Source: Macrostomum lignano (Eukaryota). Taken from it: 64,000 nucleotides of DNA. Positions 15,460-25,682 of this stretch are shown here, piece after piece. The position numbers and the translations under genes were made by a program. The stretch's first letter is position 1, and every line of letters starts with the position of its first letter. The stretch spans positions 1-64,000 of the forward strand of contig NIVC01002306.1 in NCBI GenBank assembly GCA_002269645.1, in the 5' to 3' direction. A model generated the notes under the pieces. It worked only from the letters and a program-made list of their open reading frames with translations. It was not told the origin of the DNA and searched no databases.

Positions 15460-15800
15460 AACTATTGTAGAAAGCAGCGAACATGAGCAACTCAGTGCTG
15501 TCCCATCTGCCACAAAGCCTCTCCGCCGTGGTGTCTCGGAGCATCGGCAGCTCACTGAACACGGCGTGGCATCGACTCGAGCTCTGTCGCATTGGCGGCG
15601 TCGGGCCCAGCCGCGAAGCCAAAGACATCGCGATTCTGGCGACGTGTTTCCAGAGGCCGGCGTTTCCAGAGCTGCACGGAGTCTGGCAGCTGCTCAACGG
15701 CCAGCTGCAGTTGCGACTCAAGCTGCGCTGGACCCGGATGAAGCGGCCGTCCAGCTGCCAGAGGCTGGTTACTCAAAAAGCTGAGAAGAAACGTATTGAA
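15460..15800. other. GC-rich coding-like island, frame and strand unresolved (mirror about 46430-46770)
   Basis: Several overlapping open frames; plausible acceptors on both strands (ttgtag at 15470 on +, ttttttctcag on -). Confidence 0.3.
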
Positions 15801-16639
15801 CTGAATAGGCCAAGATCTTTTTCGGCGACTCATTGAAATATCCATACAACTGTCCATATCCTGTTATCATCCGTTGCATTTTAAAAATGATTGATTGTAA
15901 ATAAACAAACGTTTACGTTTTTGCATTACATGTATCTTCCGCATGAAATTAAAACAAATTCAAACTGAAAAGCTTATTTATTAGAGTTTATTATAGTCAA
16001 ATGAAGTCCTCCATGTACGAGTAACTACAGCGTTTAAATGAATTCAGTAGCGTGACACGCACGCATTACGAGACCCGAATGAATTTTGAATACAAACTGA
16101 TAAGTATTGACAACATATTCGTACTTAATAGGGACGAGCCGTAGGGAGGTTGGGTGAAAATATTAACTTATAGAATACTCAATTGAAATTAAATAGCTCA
16201 TATGTTGACGGTAAAATGAACAGGAACAGGCATATTGCAGAATGTCAGCTGACTAAGTCGGGGTAAATTTGTACAGCGGCTGGTCAAAAAAGCGACGAAA
16301 ACAACACCTAAAATACGCTTTCAAGACCATAATGACAGACGCCTGGTATAGCGTACTTGTATGTACAGCTGGCCTGAATGTACAGTTTGTACAGAGAGTT
16401 AATGAATTACTCAAACGGTATGACCAAAAGGGTTTATTCTAAAGTCTGAACGAGATTTTTAAAGCCAGACCTAAATGGTTGGTAGAGAAAGACAACACGT
16501 GATTAAAGTACACTCCTACGATTAATGAATAAACATTGAGGGTTTGAGGGTTTCCAAGGTTCAAAGGTCATCGAAGTTCGGAGATCGCACCAGATGTCCC
16601 ATTTCTAGGAACGCAGCAGATCAGTTCTCCGTTTTGGTG

Positions 16640-17036
16640 TCACGCCGTCGGTCTCGAAGACTGCCGATGCCTACGTCGGCTCTTGGCCATGTAGTGCAGA
16701 ATCTGCCGAGCCAGACTTTTCTTAGTCTGACCCTCCGGCGGCTGGTCGAAGCCGCTGTCGTTGGACAGCATCCAGCTCACTTCCTCGTCGGGCAGGACGC
16801 TGGCCGGATTCGTGACGGCGCACTGGTCTGCACCGCCGCTCCCGACCCTGTCGTCGACTTCGCTGCCGTGTCCCAAATCTGTTGATGAAGTCAACGAAGA
16901 CGATGCGCTGTCATCGATTCCCTCGTCTACGATTGTCGTCTCTGTTAAACCAGCCGAGTTTGATGCCATGAATATTCCGATGATCTTGGACGCAACGGCA
17001 GAGCTTGCAGATAGAGTTGTGCTTTCCGAATGACGA
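16640..17036 (-). CDS. Unknown Ser/Asp-rich small protein, paralog A (terminal exon)
   Basis: GC-rich ORF after a tttttctatctag acceptor; motifs SLTSSTDLGHGSEV, VTNPAS, SNDSGF and KSLARQILHYMAKSRR. The three differences between arm copies in the motif-bearing core are all synonymous (GAG/GAA, GGT/GGC, CCG/CCT). Confidence 0.7.
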
Positions 17037-17458
17037 CTAGATAGAAAAACTTGTGACATCCATTTTGCTTCAATGTATGTATAAAACTCAGAACCAATTA
17101 GTAGGTAGTACTAAAATAGATTTCTGTATAACGCTCAATGGGGTGTGCATATGTCGTACATTACCCCCTGTTTGTAGCTCCACTCTGTATCTAGCGGCCA
17201 ACCCGTTGGCTAACAACGGGTACGTACGAAATTCTTTTCAAGGTCAGACAGTCCACCCACGTATTGTATATAAACAAATTTAGTAAATTTACATTCAGTC
17301 AGCGCGTGACTAGACTATTTTTGAATAATGTACGAATAACAATGGAGAGAAATGAAGAAAATAGGTCAGCTGACAGCTTCGTGGAATAACGAGCCCCGCT
17401 TATTATAAAAAAACATTAATTCCGGGGGCAAATCCGAAAGCAAGTACATTGCTTTAGC

Positions 17459-17692
17459 CAGGGGTCGGCAAACTCGAGGGCAAACCACATGCCCTAGGGT
17501 CCTTTAAAACTTCACAATAGTAATCCGTCCCGCTCAAAGTTTGTGTCTCTTCTTAGTGTCCCTTCTCCTCTCCCTTTCCTCCTCTCTCTTCTCTTATTTC
17601 ATCTCCCCTCTCCTCTCTCCCCTCCTCTGACCCGCAGTCATGCGCTGGGTTCTCCATCTGGCCCTGGCGGTAAAAAGTTTGCCGACCTTCTG
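17459..17692. mobile_element. hAT-type MITE (CAGGGGTCGGCAAAC TIR)
   Basis: TIR CAGGGGTCGGCAAAC ... GTTTGCCGACCTTCTG; degenerate 8-bp TSD gctttagc/gctttggt. The right-arm copy (from 44560) has lost one end. Related termini occur at about 14580 and 27684. Confidence 0.75.
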
Positions 17693-17705
17693 GCTTTGGT
17701 AAACA

Positions 17706-17977
17706 GGGCGTTCCCATTCCGCTGACTCCTGAGCACATACAGGTGCGCATGTGCATGTACACAGGCACGCACTCATGCACAGCGGTCTTCACCTTTCTAA
17801 CCGTCAGGCATGCACACTCTCTGTGCCGTGTTGGTTCGCCGTCATGGGAGTGAATCGCACGACAATCTCCCATTCAATTTTCGCTTACAAGCCCAAAGTA
17901 ACTGTGGCCTGCGCAAGGATTCGAACCAGGAGGTTTGACGCGAGGGCCAGACGCGCTTATACCGTTGAAGCTACTCC
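17706..17977 (-). mobile_element. Probable tRNA-derived SINE fragment (left arm only)
   Basis: A-box-like TAGCTTCAACGG and B-box GGTTCGAATCC on the minus strand (17973-17917); absent from the right arm. Confidence 0.45.
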
Positions 17978-18514
17978 CTCAATATTGCCAGTATATTAGA
18001 CATATTCTATTTTGGCTACTATCAGTAGTCGTAAACTTTCTAGTAGACTACCTCCAGGAATATGAATGCAACACTAGTGAAAATCATGTGATCATGGCAG
18101 CCAGTGATGCCACTAGTGATGAAGCACGGCCTCCAGGTTTAGAGAGATGCTCAAGCTTCCGAATAAGTCCTGACGCCTTGCGGCTCTTTGGCTGCACCAA
18201 ATTTATACGTCAAAAAGCTATAAAAATGTAATTCAACGTAAAAAGATTAGCAATTGCGAACTGACTATTACAGTAAGACGCGAATAGAGGAAAAGCATCA
18301 TAACGTTAAACGCAACTCGAATGTTAACCGAATGTTTTTAGGAGGAACTTTGTTCGATTTAAATACATGTATAACATAAAAATCATGATCCCGTTTGATA
18401 ACGCAAGTAAATATCGATCAAATCTACCTATTGTCTATTCTATTTTATCAATAAGAAACGCATACCGTAGTTAGAGGTAAAACCGATCATTTGCATGACT
18501 TATTTATAGTCTTA

Positions 18515-19279
18515 CGAGGGTAGTCTTACTTCCTCTATCTACAACATACTTTTGATTTTTGTAAATATCTACCACCGGCATTCAGAAGTTATGTCCAATC
18601 TAGTACTGTGCCCTTGGGTACCGCTTACAGAAAATGACTTAATCAATCCACCAATGCTCCACTATGACAATGCCCGACCACACACGGCTTCAAGGACAGT
18701 GGAGGCAATTCAACGCATGAAGTTTGAACTCCTGCCTCACCCACCTTACTCGCCTGACTTGGCGCCAGCAGATTTTTGTCTTTTTTCCGAGGCTGAAGGA
18801 GCTGCTAAGAAGCAACGTCTACGTCAAACGTCACTGCCTGAAAGAAGAGGTTCGGCGCCTCCTTATGCGATTCCCAAGGAGCAGTACGCGCATGCCATTG
18901 ATTCATTGCGCATTCGCTGGGAGAAATGCGTCAACTGCAACGATGACTACATGGAGAAGGTTTCAATCCCTAAAGACAAGGATATTTGATCGCGAATTTG
19001 ACTGTCATGTTAAGAACTTTAATGGATATGCTCTTACAGATTGATTATCATTTTTTTCCGGAATATACCTGTTTTTTAGTTTCTGTAAGCTATAGCCAGG
19101 GGCACAGTACTACGTCGTAGATTTGACATAACTTCTGAATGACGGTAAATAGTTACAAAGTTCAAAAAGTATGGTATATATAGATAAAGTCGCCTTCATT
19201 TAACGTCAAAGCCATTAATCTATCTGAATCCAACTATGAGTTAGGCTGAAAATTCCCACTACTTTTTGGACACCCCTCG
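18515..19279 (+). mobile_element. Non-autonomous mariner (D34D) relic
   Basis: TA|CGAGGG...CCCTCG|TA termini; frameshifted transposase C-terminus YDNARPH-...-YSPDLAPAD (34 residues between the Asp) and RWEKCV..DDYMEK; N-terminal part missing. Confidence 0.9.
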
Positions 19280-19545
19280 TAGTTCGTTAAAAACTATAGA
19301 TACATGATGGATGATGGACATTTGAAAATCAATTAGGGGGGGGTTCAAAGTTCGCTGTTGGCGCCGGTCTCTGGCTATGTAGCGCACAACCTGATGGCCA
19401 AGATTTTTATTGCGCTGCATCTCCTGTTGACCTGTAGGGGCTGCTTCAGAGTAGGCGGCAGCAACGGATGCGGCGGCGGCAGCGGATGCAACAAGGGCCT
19501 CGATATTTAGGCTGCCAAATCCGCTGTCGTTTGACTGCATCAGGC
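19259..19545 (-). CDS. Paralog B, downstream exon (GLMQSNDSGFGS...KNLGHQVVRYIARDRRQQR)
   Basis: ttttatag|gc acceptor is phase 1. Joining the exons gives VTNPASIPSESTIGLMQSNDSGF, the same 23-aa length as paralog A VTNPASVLPDEEVSWMLSNDSGF. Confidence 0.65.
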
Positions 19546-19553
19546 CTATAAAA

Positions 19554-20224
19554 CATAGGCGTAGGAACGTTTCAAAAAGTGGGGGGGGGCAGGTTCAGTG
19601 ACGGATTTAGGGGGGGCGCATAGGGTGCACGCCTTCGTCGAGTTAGCTTTTTTATATGGAAAATGCCCATTATCATGTACCAATTATTTTCAGAACCCAT
19701 CTTGTCAGCACTCATTTTATAAAGCGCCACAGGCACTCATTTTGGCGCCGCAGGCACTCATTTTAGCGCTGCAGGCACTCATTTTAGCGCTGCAGGCACT
19801 CATTTTAGCGCCGCAGGCACTCATTTTAGCGCTGCAGGCACTCATTTTAGCGCCGCAGGCACTCATTTTAGCGCCACAGGCACTCATTTTAGCGCTGCAG
19901 GCACTCATTTTAGCGCCGCAGGCACTCATTTTAGCGCTGCAGGCACTCATTTTAGCGCCGCAGGCACTCATTTTAGCGCTGCAGGCACTCATTTTAGCGC
20001 TGCAGGCACTCATTTTAGCGCCGCAGGCACTCATTTTAGCGCTGCAGGCACTCATTTTAGCGCCACAGGCACTCATTTTGGCGCCGCAGGCGCTATGTTT
20101 TGTCGCCCTGCAGCAAAATGTATTCATGCAAAGCAGCAAAAACCAAAAATAAGCAAGAAGTCTACATATTACGTTTAAAAAGTGGGGGGCCATGGCCCAC
20201 TGGCCCCCCGTTCCTACGCCTATG
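19554..20224. mobile_element. hAT-type MITE with internal 21-bp tandem array
   Basis: Perfect 16-bp TIR CATAGGCGTAGGAACG; perfect 8-bp TSD CTATAAAA (19546-19553 and 20225-20232); about 17 internal copies of caggcactcattttagcgc(c/t)g. Confidence 0.9.
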
Positions 20225-20510
20225 CTATAAAATGTTTTAGGTGTGTTTCCCTCTCTCTTATTCTTCCGTCTCTCTTTGACGATGTCTCTAAGCGTCTATA
20301 CTTCTAGTCAATTAAATAAGTCGATGGTTCGATATGTTTCTCTCGATCTTTAACCCTCAACAAATATGTTTGTTTCTAGTTGCTGATGGTTGCAATGTCA
20401 GATAGATATTAGTCTGGCAAATGTATTGAGCAATTCAGTGAAAATGAGAGCCACAGGCTACTTATCGATACTGTTGCACGAGTACTTCGATATCTTGACG
20501 TGTGTCCAGA

Positions 20511-20762
20511 GGGTCGCCATCATAAACCCAAAAAAATCATAACTCCAAAAGCACTTCCCATTATAAACCCGAAATATCATAAACCCTAAATATCATAACT
20601 CCGAAAGTGTTAGCAACGCCTATCATACGAGCTAAACCCGAAATGTCACAAACCCGATCGAAATATCATAACTCCGAAAACCAAAACCAAAATAGTGTTG
20701 GACATTGCTAGAACTTTGGAGTTATTATGTTATGATATTTCGGGTTTGTGATGCCCCCCCCC
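20511..20762. mobile_element. Small fold-back element made of cataaacccga/cataactcc motifs
   Basis: Imperfect terminal inverted repeat gccatcataaaccc / gggtttgtgatgcc with internal short motif repeats. Confidence 0.45.
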
Positions 20763-21026
20763 AAGAGTAGAGGAGTAGCGGGAGTGGGGGCAAAGGGAGG
20801 CGGAGAGGAGGCAAGCTAGGGAGCTGAGGAGAGGAGGCAGAGCTTCATTCTCACTGAACGCAAGTACATATAAGATTTCTATAACGCATTTCATTGGTGT
20901 TCGCTTCACACATGGGAATCTTTACCGCCGCACAAGCATGTGCTGTACTTTCCTGATAGAAAAACCTTCTGAAGTTCGCATTAGACTAACATCGGGCATA
21001 ACATGCTTAAATTAAGATCACTTCAC

Positions 21027-21248
21027 CTATAGTAGATTCAGATGGGATGCTGGCAGGGTTGGTGACGCGATTTGCGTCGCTTCTTGAATCATCTTCTACT
21101 TCGCTGCCGTGCCCTAGATCTGCCGATGAAGTCAAAGACGTTAAGCCTCCTTCTTCATCGTCTGAACCGTTGCGATCAGCGCCATTACCGACGCTGGGAT
21201 CGATATTGGCGCTCGATGTACCATTAAATTCATAAGGTTGAGAAGCCA
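21027..21248 (-). CDS. Unknown Ser/Asp-rich small protein, paralog B, upstream exon
   Basis: actaacag acceptor; encodes ASQPYEFNG...SLTSSADLGHGSEVEDD...VTNPASIPSESTI; phase-1 donor G|gtgaag. Confidence 0.65.
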
Positions 21249-22114
21249 CTGTTAGTGTTTTTTAGTTAGCTCGAATTCAAACTATTATTTCTTCAAGAGA
21301 AACTGCGATGGCAAAAATTAGCGAAGAATAATGCAGTATAATGTCGGATACAGCTGGGGCAGAAACCTGCTGTCCGCTTACGAATATATACTCGTATATT
21401 TCTGCTGTTTCCAGACCCCGAAGGCTTCAAGAGTGTCTTTTTCTGTTTTTTTCTCTTCTCTGCCTCTTTTTATTAGCGTCATCAGCACCATTGCCGTCAC
21501 TCAGGATAGTCAGCTCGCATCTGTTCTCAGAAATGTTGGTACTGCTTATTGTGTACGCTCGTAGCTTTCTGCAAGCTATCTGATACTTATGCATTCAAAA
21601 GCTCGAAATATAACCAAAGCCGAAAGCTACTGCATGGTAAGTTCTTGTTATATAAAGTTTGTTCGTTAAGAAATTTCCAGCTTTTGAACCCCCTCTCCCC
21701 ACTTCATAGCGCTAAAATATGCAATCAGTACAGTGTACATCATTCTTTACCGAAAAGAGGGTAGAAAACAACACACCATCTCCAACCCCGAACCCCCGCA
21801 CAGGCACCAAAGAGCAAATTCTGACCTTAAAATTTTTCCGGATCTCCGCTGAAGCGGGGGCGGCCCTATTGAGAGTGTAAATCAAAGTTTTGATTTATTA
21901 ATATGCGACATCGTGTCAAGTACGAGCGTACAGACAGCTTGAAAATTAAAACTAAATAGTAGAAACTAGCAATCTTCGCCCCCCCGATGGGGGGCATCTA
22001 GATAGAATCTCTGGCTCTCTACAAGTATCAAAAAGACGGCCAAAAAAGTCTTCACATAGACAATAGAAAAACTGCTCAAATGAAGTGCAATGCAAAAAGA
22101 AAACATCCTAGGAC

Positions 22115-23260
22115 AGCAAGCAACCCCCCAGATAGCAAGCACCCCAGATAGCAAGCACCCCCAGATAGCAAGCATCTCCAGATAGCAAGCACCCCAGATA
22201 GCAAGCACCCCAGATAGCAAGCACCCCCAGATAGCAAGCATCTCCAGATAGCAAGCACCCCCAGATAGCAAGCACCCCCAGATAGCAAGCACCCCCAGAT
22301 AGCAAGCATCTCCAGATAGCAAGCACCCCCAGATAGCAAGCATCACCTAGATAGCAAGCACCCCCAGAAGCAAGCACCCCCAGTTAGCAAGCACCCTTAG
22401 ATAGCAAGCACCCCCAGATAGCAAGCACCCTCAGATAGCAGGCACCCCAGATAGCAAGCATCCACCTAATAGCAAGCACTCCAAGATAGCAGGCACCCCA
22501 GATAGCAAGCATCCACCTAATAGCAAGCACCCTTAGATAGCAAGCACCCCCAGATAGCAAGCACCCCCAGATAGCAAGCACCCAAGATAGCAGGCACCCC
22601 AGATAGCAAGCACCCCTAGATAGCAAGCATCTCCAGATAGCAAGCACCCCCAGATAGCAAGCACCCCCAGATAGCAAGCATCCACCTAATAGCAAGCACC
22701 CTTAGAAAGCAAGCACCCCCAGTTAGCAAGCACCCTTAGATAGCAAGCACCCCCAGATAGCAAGCACCCTCAGATAGCAGGCACCCCAGATAGCAAGCAT
22801 CCACCTAATAGCAAGCACTCCAAGATAGCAGGCACCCCAGATAGCAAGCATCCACCTAATAGCAAGCACCCCAAGATAGCAGGCACCCCAGATAGCAAGC
22901 ATCCCCCAGATAGCAAGCACCCCCAGATAGCAAGCACCCCCAGATAGCAAGCATCCACCTAATAGCAAGCACCCTTAGAAAGCAAGCACCCCCAGTTAGC
23001 AAGCACCCTTAGATAGCAAGCACCCCCCAGATAGCAAGCACCCTCAGATAGCAGGCACCCCAGATAGCAAGCATCCACCTAATAGCAAGCACTCCAAGAT
23101 AGCAGGCACCCCAGATAGCAAGCATCCACCTAATAGCAAGCACCCTTAGATAGCAAGCACCCCCAGATAGCAAGCACCCCCAGATAGCAAGCACCCCCAG
23201 ATAGCAAGCACCCCCAGATAGCACGCATCTCCAGATAGCAAGCACTCCAAGATAGTAGGC
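22115..23260. repeat. 17-bp (CCCCCAGATAGCAAGCA)n array (mirror 39255-40495)
   Basis: Directly visible; lies inside the Helitron. Confidence 0.95.
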
Positions 23261-23269
23261 ACCCCATTT

Positions 23270-23620
23270 ATGTTTGACATGGTAGCTGTTTTGTGTTTGA
23301 CATTGTGGCTTTTTAATGTTTGACCTGGTGGCACTTTAATGTATGCAATGATGGCTCTTTAATGTCTGACATGGAGTCACTTATACGCTTGACATGGTGG
23401 CTCTTTAATATTTGACATGGTGGCACTTTAATGTCTGAAATGAAGTCATGTATGTACGCTTGACATGGTGACTCGTTGATGTTTGACATAGTGGCTCTTT
23501 TATGTTCGACATGGTGGCTCTTTAATGTTAGACATGGAGTCATATATGTTTGACATGGTGGCCTTTAATGTTTGAAATGGTGCCACTTTTGTTTGACATT
23601 GTGCCTCTTTTATGTTCAGC
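23270..23620. repeat. Degenerate ~21-bp tttgacatggtggc array (mirror 38895-39245)
   Basis: Directly visible. Confidence 0.85.
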
Positions 23621-23658
23621 ATTTTGTTTTTAAGATGTTTTAATAAAAAAATTATTTT

Positions 23659-23725
23659 GCACTACTAAGATTCGAACCCAGGTCGCTGAATTAGCAGTCC
23701 AGTCTGATCGCATCTAGGCTATCTC
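23659..23725 (-). pseudogene. Degenerate tRNA-like segment inside the Helitron (mirror 38790-38857)
   Basis: tagcctag...tggactgctaattca...gggttcgaatc resembles tRNA-Ser(GCT) arms, but there is no complete cloverleaf. Confidence 0.4.
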
Positions 23726-25430
23726 TTGTCGATCGGAGAGCATGAATTGTGGCCCTTATAATTCAATTCTTATAGCAAATCGGTTAGAGTAAAAAGTTAT
23801 GACATAATCAATTTCTCAGTCAGCCAGTATCAGTCTCAATTTAAGTTAGAAATATGGTTACGCAATTTAAATCAAGTCGTGTGTGCATTTCTTTGGCACT
23901 TTTTTTTAACTTGCTGTGATGCAATCTTTATCAGAATTGAAATTCAGTCAGTCAGGTTTTTCTCTAGCATTCTTACAATGCATTTCAGGTCGAAAGAGCT
24001 GCTTGACCTTCGCAGAAAATCATGTTTTTCGAATATTTAATCCCTTTAATATTGATCAATTTCTTAGCCAAGATGCATTCAACATCCCAGGAAAATTTCT
24101 GATCGAATGGTGCAAGTTTGAAGAGAATCGGTTGAGCCATTCTCGAAAAAATCAATTACACGCACGCACGCACGCACGCACGCACGAATACAGCGCAAAA
24201 TTAGTTTAGTAATATAAAATAGATATAGATAGATAGAAATAGTAGAATTACCTATAGACCAGGAGCTTCAGGCTCAGAATGGAACGAAATTTTCAAAACA
24301 ACTGCACCAATTATAGTCCTATTTGTTGTGGGATTGGCTCCGGTCTACCTCTATTCCAGGTATCAAGAAATGTCACATGGCTAGATCCACAGTGTCGATT
24401 GAACTAGCAATACATGTATAATAGTGTATGTTGTATTATTTACTTGAATACGGTGCATCAACTGAATTTTAGAGAATGTGCAATTTAGGGAATGTGCAAT
24501 TTAGGGAATGTGCAAGGTTGGGGAAATTGGGATTTAGGGAATGTGAAATTTAGCTCCCTCACTTTCAAAAAACATCCGAAAATGCACGGCTGGAAATAAA
24601 ACTCAGAGACTTTAAAGACATGCAAATCCATACACTTCTATAATAGAGAATCAGTATGAGAGATGCAGTTTCCCAAATACGCTGCTGTTGATAAAAGGCT
24701 ACAGTGATAGTTTGCTAAACCGACCCAGGCAAAATTAAGCCCCCGAAGCTAGAAGAGAAAAAGTAAAGATAATAACAAGCCGAAAGGGTGGGTGGCAGGC
24801 AGGCGGGCGGGCCAGCCGCGGTCGCGCAACGCTAGGCGGCAAAGCACAGAAAAGCAACTCCAAAACGCTGACAGGGGGCAGAGCGAGAAAACGCGGGGGC
24901 TGGGGGTGGGGTTGTGAAAAGCTTTCAGTTAATTCCCTTTTTACGACTAGCTAGAGAGGAAGAGAGTAGGTTAGAGAGGAATCATTTTCAACGCCGCTTA
25001 ATCTTCAAATTCTTTCAAGAGACAACTGAGCTTAAACCCCGTGATACAAGTGGGGTGGGGCGGGGGGCGTCACGGGACAGGCATGGTCTGATTGCCAGCC
25101 TATTGAACCAATTAAAGTGTTGAAGCAGTAACGGCCGCTGAGGGGGGTGGGGAGGCGTTGGGTGTGTATTAACAGGTTGGCTGCTCGCACTCACTGACTC
25201 GCACGTTTAGCCTGCGCTTATTGGCAGACATCCCTCCGTTCTCTCTTCGCTCGTCTCCCCTGCTTGGTCCGCCTCAGCAGAAAGGGATAATGGAACGAGA
25301 AGATGAGGGATAGAAAAACACTTGTATTATCCGAAGAGGAGAGCAGCTGAAACTTGCCCTATGAGACTTGCCTATTATTTAGTCAATTGAGTCAGTATTA
25401 AAAGTTAAGCAGACGAATTTTCCTGTAAAA

Positions 25431-25682
25431 ATGGAAAACGCGAGGCTCAGCAGCGAAGTCTCGGACTTGAGCGCCACGCTGCCTGCGCTGGAGCTCGAGA
25501 CAGCTCAAGCCGGACCTGCAGATCAGCGTCGGCCGGTGCTGGCTCGAACCCGATCAAGAAGCCACGGCGACGTCGAGCTGACAGGCTCACCGGACTCGAA
25601 CGGAGGAGATGGAGGAGGCGGCAGCGGTGGCCAGCAGCGTCGAGAAAGCAGGCGGCGTCTGCAGTCGTGGAGTGGCGCCTAG
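25431..25682 (+). CDS. Possible small low-complexity protein or exon (83 aa; mirror 36831-37082)
   Basis: GC-rich island with aaaaATGG context downstream of a GC-box/CCAAT-containing region (about 24780-25230). No homology recognised and the strand is uncertain. Confidence 0.3.
   Translation: MENARLSSEVSDLSATLPALELETAQAGPADQRRPVLARTRSRSHGDVELTGSPDSNGGDGGGGSGGQQRRESRRRLQSWSGA

Larger units (their letters stand above)
21966..24230 (-). mobile_element. Non-autonomous Helitron carrying minisatellites
   Basis: 3' end: GC hairpin gccccccatcgggggggc, then 8 nt, then CTAG|T. 5' end: A|TCTAT..TATATTA..(TGCG)n..ccgattctcttcaaacttgcac, typical of invertebrate non-autonomous Helitrons. Confidence 0.6.

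Noticed and set aside
18552-18989. Active mariner transposase
   Set aside because: The DNA-binding domain and first catalytic Asp are missing, and there are at least two frameshifts.
19598-20193. QALILAL / AKMSAC repeat proteins
   Set aside because: Translations of the 21-bp array inside a MITE with clear TIRs and TSD, within an intron.
23659-23725. Functional tRNA gene
   Set aside because: Acceptor and T stems do not pair properly; treated as a tRNA-derived fragment.
24470-24550. Interstitial telomeric repeats
   Set aside because: TTAGGG occurs only as part of a 16-bp unit repeated a few times, not as tandem hexamers.
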